DNA of 59,162 nt from a virus (Duplodnaviria; Caudoviricetes), in the IMG/VR virus record IMGVR_UViG_3300016474_000119, positions 1 to 59,162 of that record; one strand, written 5' to 3'. Below are positions 46,897 to 55,113 of this stretch, one piece after another; position 1 is the stretch's first letter, and every line of letters begins with the position of its first letter. A model generated the notes under the pieces. The model worked only from the letters and a program-made list of their open reading frames with translations, ran no database searches and was not told where the DNA came from. Both the position numbers and the translations under genes were made by a program.

Positions 46897-47849
46897 ACAC
46901 TATATTTGACAAGCTGTCTCTGAGCCGAGATACCGTTAAGTGGGAGGATTACCTTGGTACCCTCACTCCTTGGGAGAATCGTAACGGTATCTGGTTCAAG
47001 AGAGAAGACTATTTTGCCCCTATGGGGTACGGTGGTCCGAACGGTTCTAAAATGCGCCAGCTGATCTGGTATGTGAACCGATTCCGCGCAGGTAAAACGC
47101 ATATTGTCACGGGTGCGAGTATTCAATCACCCCAGCTAAGTATGTCGGCTATCGTCGGTGCGCATTATGGATTGCGTGCTCGGCAGGTGGTGTACAGTAA
47201 AGAGCACACGGTGCTTAAGCATGAGAATCCTCGCATCGCTTATGGCTTCGGTGCTGAGTTCGAGTATGCTTCTGGTCCCTACAATCCGATTATCCAACGT
47301 AAGGTTAAAGATCTTACTCAAGACAAGTCACTAGTGGTCGAATATGGTATTACGGTGCCGCATGACCGTTACCCGGCAGACGATGTAAGGAAGTTTCATG
47401 AAGTGGGTGCGAATCAAGTCTCTAACCTGCCGGACGAGGTGGAAACTCTGATTATGCCGGCAGGGTCTTGCAACTCCCTGACGAGTGTGCTCCTCGGGCT
47501 AACGAGAGACTCCAAGAACGTAGGAACACTATTCACCCTAGGTATCGGTCCCTACAAGCTAGATTGGGTGCGAGAGCGGTTAAATTTGATGGGTGTAAAT
47601 GTTGACAACCTACCGTTCCACTGGCATCATCACAGCCTGCACGATACGAAGTATAGCAAGTACAGCGACCACTTCAACGGAGAAGAGTACGATGGGATCA
47701 AGTTTCATCCAACGTATGAAGCAAAGATGTGGCGCTGGCTGCGGGAGAACAATAAGCTAGACAAAGATGACAAGACCGGTTTCTGGATTGTTGGTAGCGC
47801 ACCTAGCACCAAAGTGATTGAGCCGTTTTACACGAGGAAAGAACAATGA
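46893..47849 (+). CDS. PLP-dependent (fold type II) enzyme; putative amino acid-DNA decarboxylase
   Basis: WFKRED...NGSKMR (PLP lysine), SPQ, PAGSCNS and PTYEAK motifs; same operon as the base-modification genes. Confidence 0.8.
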   Translation: MNTIFDKLSLSRDTVKWEDYLGTLTPWENRNGIWFKREDYFAPMGYGGPNGSKMRQLIWYVNRFRAGKTHIVTGASIQSPQLSMSAIVGAHYGLRARQVVYSKEHTVLKHENPRIAYGFGAEFEYASGPYNPIIQRKVKDLTQDKSLVVEYGITVPHDRYPADDVRKFHEVGANQVSNLPDEVETLIMPAGSCNSLTSVLLGLTRDSKNVGTLFTLGIGPYKLDWVRERLNLMGVNVDNLPFHWHHHSLHDTKYSKYSDHFNGEEYDGIKFHPTYEAKMWRWLRENNKLDKDDKTGFWIVGSAPSTKVIEPFYTRKEQ

Positions 47850-48667
47850 AACCATTAATCATTTACCATTCTAACTGCGCAGACGGTTTTTCAGCTGCGT
47901 GGTGCTTCTGGCGCCAGTACCGAGATGAAGCTGAGTATTACCCTGGGAAGTATCAAGAGGCTCCGCCAGATGTAACCGATCGGGAAGTCTACCTTGTTGA
48001 CTTCAGCTACAAACGTGACGTCGTAACTGAGATGGTCTCTAAGGCTTCTCGGGTGGTGCTGATTGACCATCATAAGTCGGCTCTGGAAGACCTCAAAGAT
48101 TTGCCGGGTCTGCATTACTATACGGATATTAACCGTAGTGGTGCTAAGCTGGCTTGGGACTTTCTGTATCCCGGAGAAGATGCTCCACAGGTTCTGAAGC
48201 ATGTTCAAGACCGAGACCTGTGGAAATTTGAGATACCTCGCACCCGAGAGATCTCTGCATACGTGTTCTCCCTAGAGTACACTTTTGAGAACTGGGACAT
48301 AATTATGACTGCTTCCCCAGTGGAGATTATAGCCATGTCGCATGCGGGTCTCGCAATCGAGCGTAAGCATCATAAAGACATCGGAGAACTGCTTAAGTCT
48401 GTTCATCGTCGCATGACTATTGGTGGTTATGAAGTTCCGGCGGCTAATTTGCCGTACACGATGAGCAGCGATGCCGGTAACATTATGGCTCAGGGTGAAT
48501 CGTTCGCAGCCTGCTACATGGACACGGCTACGCATCGTGTATTTAGCCTGCGTAGCACTGATGACGGCGTTGATGTGAGCGTGATTGCTGCCGGATACGG
48601 CGGTGGTGGTCATCGCAATGCGTCTGGGTTCAAGGTTCCTCGCGACCACGCACTAGCAAAGGTGTAA
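47846..48667 (+). CDS. DHH/DHHA1 phosphoesterase
   Basis: YH.NCADG, VDFS, IDHHKS, QDRDLW, FSLRS and GGGGHRNASG motifs. Confidence 0.88.
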   Translation: MKPLIIYHSNCADGFSAAWCFWRQYRDEAEYYPGKYQEAPPDVTDREVYLVDFSYKRDVVTEMVSKASRVVLIDHHKSALEDLKDLPGLHYYTDINRSGAKLAWDFLYPGEDAPQVLKHVQDRDLWKFEIPRTREISAYVFSLEYTFENWDIIMTASPVEIIAMSHAGLAIERKHHKDIGELLKSVHRRMTIGGYEVPAANLPYTMSSDAGNIMAQGESFAACYMDTATHRVFSLRSTDDGVDVSVIAAGYGGGGHRNASGFKVPRDHALAKV

Positions 48668-48669
48668 AC

Positions 48670-48906
48670 ATGGAAGACTACGCAATCTACGAAGTTGAGA
48701 ATCGAGATGAGTTCTGCGCAGCTATAGTAGCAGCCTCGCAGCCGACCCGACAAGAAGCTAAAGTCTTTCCGTTTCGCATCTACTTGCTCGGCACGACGTT
48801 CAGTTATACCGCGCATAACGGTCTGACCGAAGCTGTAGCTGAGAAAATGGCTAAGCGTATCGGTCGAGTGTCGCAAAAGATGTTTCAACCTGCGGAGGAA
48901 ATGTGA
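48670..48906 (+). CDS. Hypothetical protein
   Basis: 78-aa ORF in operon. Confidence 0.55.
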   Translation: MEDYAIYEVENRDEFCAAIVAASQPTRQEAKVFPFRIYLLGTTFSYTAHNGLTEAVAEKMAKRIGRVSQKMFQPAEEM

Positions 48907-49199
48907 AACCAACACAAGAGCAAGTAATTGCATGGGCGCGGGAAGCGGGCGATGATTGGTCAGATACTTTGCCATCAGATAGGGAAGTTCTTACGCGGCT
49001 TGCCACCATCGCCTATGAAGCAGGTCGCAAGGATGAAGCTGAGATTGCTGTAGCAGAAGCATACCGTTGCGGGTACGACGCAGGTCGCAAGGGTGAGAAT
49101 GAGGCGTGTGCGAAAGTATGTGAAGACTTGCCGGGGTTTGATATGGACGACCCCGGATCGACTACCGCCGAGGCTATTCGCGCAAGGAGAGAACAATGA
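48903..49199 (+). CDS. Hypothetical protein (EREACA family) with internal 60-bp-period duplication
   Basis: ENEACAKVCE...AEAIRAR; GCAGGTCGCAAGG occurs at 49020 and 49080. Confidence 0.65.
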   Translation: MKPTQEQVIAWAREAGDDWSDTLPSDREVLTRLATIAYEAGRKDEAEIAVAEAYRCGYDAGRKGENEACAKVCEDLPGFDMDDPGSTTAEAIRARREQ

Positions 49200-49573
49200 A
49201 ATTTCGTAAAAAGCCTGTCGTCATCGAAGCAACGAGATGGTTTAAGAACGGCGACCATCCGCTTGATTACGGCAAGGATCACACTGGGTTCGATAACACT
49301 ACCTTGCGTACATTTACTGCAGCAGAACGACGCGAGAACCAATGGGAAGGTGACATCGTTCGTTATTACCGTAACCCGTACGTCCCCGGAGAAAAGCCAT
49401 GCGAACACTGCGGGCAGATCATGCACAACCACGGCTGGATCGACACGCTTGAAGGTGGGCACATTGTGTGCCCCGGCGACTGGATTATTACTGGTGTGAA
49501 GGGCGAGCACTACCCATGCAAGCCAGACATATTTGAGCAGACGTATGAGCCAGCAGGAGAGAACAATGACTGA
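49196..49573 (+). CDS. Conserved phage protein (KKPVVIEA...PGDWII...YPCKPDIF family)
   Basis: Recognisable family motifs, with a CxxC...HxH insertion. Confidence 0.75.
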   Translation: MKFRKKPVVIEATRWFKNGDHPLDYGKDHTGFDNTTLRTFTAAERRENQWEGDIVRYYRNPYVPGEKPCEHCGQIMHNHGWIDTLEGGHIVCPGDWIITGVKGEHYPCKPDIFEQTYEPAGENND

Positions 49574-49817
49574 CAAACAACCCGACGCATTGAGGCTGGC
49601 TGAACAGTTAAGCAAAGAAATAGTAAGGACGGTGCATCTGGACTTGATGCACCACCAAGCCGCAGCAGAACTACGCCGACTGCATGAAGTGAATGCGGAG
49701 TTGGTGGAGACGTTAGCGGAAATTGCTGAATGGACTGAACGATACACAACGCCGGGTCATCCGATCAGCACCGTAGCTCGCGCAGCACTCGCCAAAGTAA
49801 CCGGAGAAGAACAATGA
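49566..49817 (+). CDS. Hypothetical protein
   Basis: MTDKQPDALRLA...AAAELRRLH...ARAALAK; AGGAG RBS. Confidence 0.65.
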   Translation: MTDKQPDALRLAEQLSKEIVRTVHLDLMHHQAAAELRRLHEVNAELVETLAEIAEWTERYTTPGHPISTVARAALAKVTGEEQ

Positions 49818-49996
49818 CTGACCGCTTAATCCGCATCAAACAGTACGAGCAAGCAGCCGACGACAAGGTATCTATAGGCGGTATCAAGTGGCTACAAAAA
49901 TGGGATGTTTGCATTCAATGCAATAGCGCAGAGGAAGCAGAACGAGTACGCCGTATTGCACTACAGCTTTTTGAGAAACCTGAAGATAGGGGATAG
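49814..49996 (+). CDS. Hypothetical protein
   Basis: ATGA coupling; 60 aa. Confidence 0.55.
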   Translation: MTDRLIRIKQYEQAADDKVSIGGIKWLQKWDVCIQCNSAEEAERVRRIALQLFEKPEDRG

Positions 49997-50001
49997 CAGT
50001 T

Positions 50002-50592
50002 ATGACTAACCTACGAAAAGCAGCGCAGATGGCGTTGGATGCGTTGGAATCTGTGTTTGAAGGTGATGATAAAGGTGCTGAATATTGGACTGTAACTGGT
50101 GGCACTTATGAAGCTGTTGAATGTATGAACGCCATGAGAGCCCTCCGCGCCGCACTAGCGCAGCCAGAGCAAGAGCCGGTGGCGTGGCTATACACCAACA
50201 AATTAGGGGGAAGGCAGGTTTCCTTGATTGAGCCGCTGCCGAGTCTGAAAGATCAGTACCAACCCCTTTACACCATTCCGCCACAGGTTAACGCCTTTAA
50301 TCCTGACTGGGATGCAATACCCGTGATGGTGGAAGAACAGCAGCGCATGGCAAAACGCATAGAGGAATTAGAATCTCAACTTGGTGAGGCTATGTGGGGT
50401 TATGGCGAATGGAGAAGGAAAGCAGAAGCGTTGGAGCAGGCAAACCACCACAACATTCGCCCTCTCTACACCGCCCCACCACAGCGCGAATGGGTCGGAC
50501 TGACGGATGAAGAACGTGACGAACTATGTCTGGGTGATGAGGCTATCGCCCGCGCCATCGAAGCCAAGCTGAAGGAGAAAAACGGTGCCTAA
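50002..50592 (+). CDS. Mosaic hypothetical protein (paralog of 51828-52238)
   Basis: LRKAAQMALDALE, QEPVAW, PLYT and ARAIEAKLKEKN modules. Confidence 0.7.
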   Translation: MTNLRKAAQMALDALESVFEGDDKGAEYWTVTGGTYEAVECMNAMRALRAALAQPEQEPVAWLYTNKLGGRQVSLIEPLPSLKDQYQPLYTIPPQVNAFNPDWDAIPVMVEEQQRMAKRIEELESQLGEAMWGYGEWRRKAEALEQANHHNIRPLYTAPPQREWVGLTDEERDELCLGDEAIARAIEAKLKEKNGA

Positions 50593-50818
50593 GCGTGAAA
50601 AGGTTGATCTACACTGGTTAGCTATAGTGGACGCCAACCGCGCAGGAGTCGTAAAAGCGTTATCAAGTATTGAAGCCGGTGAGGTTGATGAATTAGAATT
50701 GGAAAAACTGAACAATTTCCTCCAGTTTTCCTTAGCATTGATGGAGCTTTGTGGTCCAGAAAAGTGGGCGAGAGCTAAGTTAAATGCAGAACTTATGAGT
50801 TATTTGAAAGAAAAGTGA
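50585..50818 (+). CDS. Hypothetical protein
   Basis: 77 aa; AAGGAG RBS; coupled to the transferase gene. Confidence 0.6.
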   Translation: MPKREKVDLHWLAIVDANRAGVVKALSSIEAGEVDELELEKLNNFLQFSLALMELCGPEKWARAKLNAELMSYLKEK

Positions 50819-51831
50819 TGAAAGATTACCGACTAGCCGAAAACCGATCAGAATACTTTGAAAATCTCTATAAGCTGAACCTTACGCATGGAATTATGCC
50901 GGGTTTGGTGTATCTTTATATGCCTGCTCTGGCGGAGCGTTACGGTTGGGGTGCGGAGCAGCGACTGTTCTTCGCATTTCTGAACGGTCTAACGCAGAAC
51001 CCAATAACCTCGTTGCGGCTGTTTAACCGTTTAGGTGGCGAGCTTCCTCCTGCCGGAGCCAGACTCACGCAGTTCGACGCATGGTTCAATGAAAACTGGG
51101 ACACGCTGCAATTTGACACAGACCGTCGCTACCAGAAAAAAGACACGGTAGACGCCATAAAGAAATACGCGCAGCTGGTACATGAGCACGGCTCGCAGGA
51201 GAAAATGCTAACTCGCAAGCCATATAAAGATCTGTGGAAATTGGTACGTGAGAACTATTACTCTTTCGGTCGCCTATCTTCGTTCAGCTACCTTGAATAC
51301 GTCCACCTGAACGGTTGTGGAGCCGACTGCGACAACCTGCTGTTTGAAGACAAGTCGGGCAGCAAGTCGCACCGCAACGGTATGTTGTTCCTGCTCGGTA
51401 AAGATGAGTTGGTTTGGGATAAACGTCTGCCGAACGGTCAAGACGGTAAGTATCCTAATTTCAAAAAGATGTGCGAGTATTTGTCTACTACTGCGGAAGA
51501 TTACCTCACCCGGTTCGCGAAGAATCACCCAGAAGTTCCGGAAGTTAGTAAGTTCACCCTTGAGAGCAACTTGTGCACTTTTAAGAATCATTTCTTCGGT
51601 CGTCGGTATCCTGGAGTTTACGCCGACATGGCGTGGGAGAGGATTGAGTGGGCAGACGCTCGCGGACAGCAAGAACACACCGAAATATTCAAAGAGATCC
51701 GTGCTGAGAAACTGGAACCATGGTTGCGTGATGAATGTTGGGATAAAAAATTGACACTCAAGCAGAAAGCGGCTAAATTTGCAGAAACAGGTTATCCGCA
51801 CCGGGGTGAATACTTCTTGGAGGAAAAATGA
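50815..51831 (+). CDS. Amino acid:DNA transferase (aGPT-Pplase2 family)
   Basis: FDTDRRYQK, FGRLSSFSYLE, GSKSHRNG, LESNLCTFK and RRYPGVYAD motifs; modification cluster context. Confidence 0.8.
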   Translation: MMKDYRLAENRSEYFENLYKLNLTHGIMPGLVYLYMPALAERYGWGAEQRLFFAFLNGLTQNPITSLRLFNRLGGELPPAGARLTQFDAWFNENWDTLQFDTDRRYQKKDTVDAIKKYAQLVHEHGSQEKMLTRKPYKDLWKLVRENYYSFGRLSSFSYLEYVHLNGCGADCDNLLFEDKSGSKSHRNGMLFLLGKDELVWDKRLPNGQDGKYPNFKKMCEYLSTTAEDYLTRFAKNHPEVPEVSKFTLESNLCTFKNHFFGRRYPGVYADMAWERIEWADARGQQEHTEIFKEIRAEKLEPWLRDECWDKKLTLKQKAAKFAETGYPHRGEYFLEEK

Positions 51832-52238
51832 CTAACCTACGAGAAGCAGCGCAGATGGCGCTGGATGCGTTGGAACAGTTGCAAGGTGGATGCACTGATT
51901 CTAACGATGGCACAGTTGAGGCGATTACAGTTTGGTGTCCAGAAGTAATCGAATCCCTCCAATTAGCACTGGCAAACGAGTTCAACCCTGACCGGGATGC
52001 GATGGCTGTCATGGTTGAGGAACAGCAGCGCATGGCGAAGCGCATTGAGGAACTGGAAGCCAAGCTGAAGGAGCCGGTCATAGACAAAACAATGGCTATC
52101 CGCATCGCCACGCAGCTAGGATGGGAGCCGAAACGGGAATGGCAAGGGCTGACGGATGAGGAGCTTGGTGTGTACACCGACAAGCTAGAAGAATTTGCCC
52201 GCGCCATCGAAGCCAAGTTGAAGGAGAAGAACACGTGA
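51828..52238 (+). CDS. Mosaic hypothetical protein (paralog of 50002-50592)
   Basis: Three shared sequence blocks with 50002-50592. Confidence 0.7.
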   Translation: MTNLREAAQMALDALEQLQGGCTDSNDGTVEAITVWCPEVIESLQLALANEFNPDRDAMAVMVEEQQRMAKRIEELEAKLKEPVIDKTMAIRIATQLGWEPKREWQGLTDEELGVYTDKLEEFARAIEAKLKEKNT

Positions 52239-52813
52239 ACCGGATAGTTAATATTCGAGGGTGTAATGGCTCAGGAAAAACGACTATCGTGCGTCGGTTC
52301 CTTGAGAGACTGCCGACCGTGGCTCTCGGCGGTAAACCGGGACGCCCAGCAGGGTATCAGGTGGATGCTACTGAGTGGGGTGTTCAAACCCCGATCTACG
52401 TGGTTGGTAGCTACGAGAATGCGTGCGGGGGAACTGACGGCATAAAGACCCAGGATGAGATCGTCGAGCGAGTCCAGCAAGCATATGCTCACGGGCATGT
52501 GCTGGTTGAAGGTCTGCTGATGAGTAAAAGTTCGGATGGCGGCACCACGGCACCCGCCCTACGAGATATGAACGCTATTTTCGCATTCCTCGATACCCCG
52601 TGGGAAACCTGCTTGGAGCGCGTTTTAGGTCGCCGTGCCGCAGCGGGTAACGATAAACCGTTTGACCCCGAGAAGACCATGAGAACTGCCTATGAACAGT
52701 GCCATCGTTCGCACGAACTGCTAACTCTAGCGGGTGGCTACGACGTGCGCTGGCTGAACTGGCAAGACCCTATAACTGAAGTCATAGGTTACTTGAAAGA
52801 GGCTGAAAAATGA
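52235..52813 (+). CDS. P-loop kinase associated with thymidine hypermodification
   Basis: NIRGCNGSGKTT, GSYE..CGGTD, LVEGL and TP.ETCLERV..RR motifs. Confidence 0.8.
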   Translation: MNRIVNIRGCNGSGKTTIVRRFLERLPTVALGGKPGRPAGYQVDATEWGVQTPIYVVGSYENACGGTDGIKTQDEIVERVQQAYAHGHVLVEGLLMSKSSDGGTTAPALRDMNAIFAFLDTPWETCLERVLGRRAAAGNDKPFDPEKTMRTAYEQCHRSHELLTLAGGYDVRWLNWQDPITEVIGYLKEAEK

Positions 52814-53022
52814 GTTACGATCTATACATCCGGCGCGGTGTCCTCGTTAACACCGATCCGCAACGCCGTTGTTATAACGGGTGTCATTTTTCAAGTCGAG
52901 TTGACTGGTCTGAGTGGGAACGGTGGCTGGGAGATTACCCGACACTCGAGCAGGCCGAATACGCAGCTAAATTGTTCTCCCGGGAAAACCTGCAGTTCAA
53001 AGTTGTGGAGGCTGAGAAATGA
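52810..53022 (+). CDS. Hypothetical protein
   Basis: VNTDPQRRCYNGCH motif; coupled on both sides. Confidence 0.65.
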   Translation: MSYDLYIRRGVLVNTDPQRRCYNGCHFSSRVDWSEWERWLGDYPTLEQAEYAAKLFSRENLQFKVVEAEK

Positions 53023-53942
53023 TTGAATCCTGCCCGTTCCCTCGCCCAACAGCTGAAAATGTCTGCTCGACTGAGGCAGTATTGTACTTCACGTGGGAAA
53101 GAGAAGTTATTCGCATCGTCAAAGAGAGAGGTGGAGAGGCTCCGTGGACAACCGACCCTATATTCCAGCAGTACAAGTTCACGAATATTCGTCGCCGGGA
53201 TGATCGTATATCCAAGTGGATTATTCGCGAGATAATCAATCTGAACCTGAAAGACAAGAATCTTTGGTTCACACTACTCATAGCCAGATTGATTAATTGG
53301 CCACCGACGCTTGACAGGCTTCTGTATGAAGATATAATACCGTGTTCTCCGGAAGATTTTGACGCCGGGGCATTCTCTAGGACTATAGAGAAATTCAAGA
53401 AAGAATCACCTAAAGTGTTTGGGTCGGCGTACATGGTCTACCCGACCAAAATGGAGATCGGCAAATGCAAATCGTATCTACTTGGTAAATACATCATTGG
53501 CTCGGCGATACAACAAGCCGATACTATATCTTACGAATTGTGGCGGGATGACGAAGGCTGCACGATTGAAAAATTCGTATCGATGCTTTCAAGTTGTTTT
53601 GGGATTAGCGCATTCATGGCCGGGCAGGTGGCTGCAGACCTGACTTACGCCAAAGGACACCTCGACAACGCAGAAGACCTGTATACTTATGCGCCGATCG
53701 GTCCCGGTAGTAGTCGAGGACTCAACTACCTGCTCGGTAGGAAGCCGTTCGCGGGATGGGAACAAGAAGCATTCAACAACGAATTGATAAAGATTCGTAA
53801 AGCGATAGAAGACAAATTGAAAATAGATGATTTAACTTTACACTGCGTTCAGAACGTCATGTGTGAATACAGCAAATACTGCCGGGTGGTTCTCGGCGAA
53901 GGTTCACCAAAAACATTATATAAGCCAACAGAGGAGTTCTAA
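53019..53942 (+). CDS. 5-hydroxymethyluracil DNA kinase (aGPT-Pplase1 family)
   Basis: PWT.DPI...YKFTNIRRRDDR, R.INWP, FMAGQV.ADL, GPGS.RGL and QN.MCEYSKY motifs. Confidence 0.85.
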   Translation: MIESCPFPRPTAENVCSTEAVLYFTWEREVIRIVKERGGEAPWTTDPIFQQYKFTNIRRRDDRISKWIIREIINLNLKDKNLWFTLLIARLINWPPTLDRLLYEDIIPCSPEDFDAGAFSRTIEKFKKESPKVFGSAYMVYPTKMEIGKCKSYLLGKYIIGSAIQQADTISYELWRDDEGCTIEKFVSMLSSCFGISAFMAGQVAADLTYAKGHLDNAEDLYTYAPIGPGSSRGLNYLLGRKPFAGWEQEAFNNELIKIRKAIEDKLKIDDLTLHCVQNVMCEYSKYCRVVLGEGSPKTLYKPTEEF

Positions 53943-54928
53943 TGGAAATCACAGTACGTAATGTCAATCAGGCATTCTCTGAAATGTTCTGGCGATTCAA
54001 GGTTGAAAACCTGAAGCCTGAGCCGACCCGGAATGGTCCCGCACTGGTTTATCCTGTGCCGGTGACGACGATCTACACCAATCCTCGTGAGCGAGTGCTG
54101 TTTCATCAAGGTAGAGATGCGAATCCTATCTTCCATTTGCTGGAGTCTATCTGGATGCTCGCTGGTCGCCGTGATGTAGCCTTCCTGCAGCAGTTCAACA
54201 GCAAGATTGGTCAATATAGCGATGATGGTGAAAACTTCAATGCCGCTTACGGTCACCGGTGGCGTCATCACTTCGGGCACGACCAGCTACTAGAGGTTAT
54301 CCGGGTGCTTGAGAAAGACCCTAACTCTCGGCAGGCGGTGGTGCAGATGTGGGATGTTGAAGATCTGACGAAGTCGACCAAGGATAAAGCATGCAACATG
54401 CAAGTCATCTTTGACACCCGGAAAGGTGTATTAAACATGACGGTCATTAACCGTAGCAACGACATGTGGTGGGGGGCTTACGGTGCAAACGCTGTGCATT
54501 TCAGCGTCCTGCAAGAGTTCGTTGCCTACGCTCTGGGTCTGTCGGTCGGAGTCTATCGTCAGTCTAGTCACAATCTACACCTATACACAGAACTATACGA
54601 TGTGCAGAAGTACCTGGATAACCCGCCCAATAACTTGGCATACGATGCATATGTTGCGAATGAGGTGGAAGCGTTACCGCTGTTTGAGGGTAGAGACTAT
54701 TTGACGTTCTTGTATGAATGCGAAGTGTTCTGCGACGACCCATTTAACGGGGATGTTGAATATGAGAACCCATTCTTCAGCAAGGTGGCGCAGCCTATGG
54801 CTATGGTCAGCCGGGTGCGTAAGCTGAAGCAGGGTGACGGTCGCGAGTTTGCTCAAAAAATTAGAGCCTCAGATTGGCGCAAAGCGACGTTCGATTGGAT
54901 TAATCGCCGCGAAGCTGCTAAATTGTAA
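53942..54928 (+). CDS. Thymidylate synthase homolog, likely dUMP hydroxymethylase
   Basis: RDANP.FH, AAYG.RW, SRQAV, catalytic Cys (KACN), NRSND, GAN (Asn at the dUMP-specifying position), HNLHLY. Confidence 0.85.
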   Translation: MEITVRNVNQAFSEMFWRFKVENLKPEPTRNGPALVYPVPVTTIYTNPRERVLFHQGRDANPIFHLLESIWMLAGRRDVAFLQQFNSKIGQYSDDGENFNAAYGHRWRHHFGHDQLLEVIRVLEKDPNSRQAVVQMWDVEDLTKSTKDKACNMQVIFDTRKGVLNMTVINRSNDMWWGAYGANAVHFSVLQEFVAYALGLSVGVYRQSSHNLHLYTELYDVQKYLDNPPNNLAYDAYVANEVEALPLFEGRDYLTFLYECEVFCDDPFNGDVEYENPFFSKVAQPMAMVSRVRKLKQGDGREFAQKIRASDWRKATFDWINRREAAKL

Positions 54929-54998
54929 AAAGCAATTGCATTCGGCAGGGTGATTTGAAAATACAATTTGCCCTGCCAGCACTGTTACGGGCTATAAT
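54922..54998 (+). promoter_or_regulatory. Promoter region with two ATTG-N7-CAAT-like boxes
   Basis: Boxes at 54922-54936 and 54953-54967 (one mismatch); TTGCCC 54968-54973 and TATAAT 54993-54998 (19-nt spacer, suboptimal). Confidence 0.5.
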
Positions 54999-55113
54999 TT
55001 TTAGTATTCTGGGGACGCTGGTGACGTCGGTTCGGAATCAAATGATGCATACGTCACCTGACCAGCCGCGAGGTCATTGAAACCGGCACCTATAACTGCT
55101 AACTGAGGAATTT

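Noticed and set aside
55011-55092. tRNA gene
   Set aside because: Length and GGGG start are suggestive, but there is no proper 7-bp acceptor stem, no TTC-containing T-arm in the right place and no CCA.
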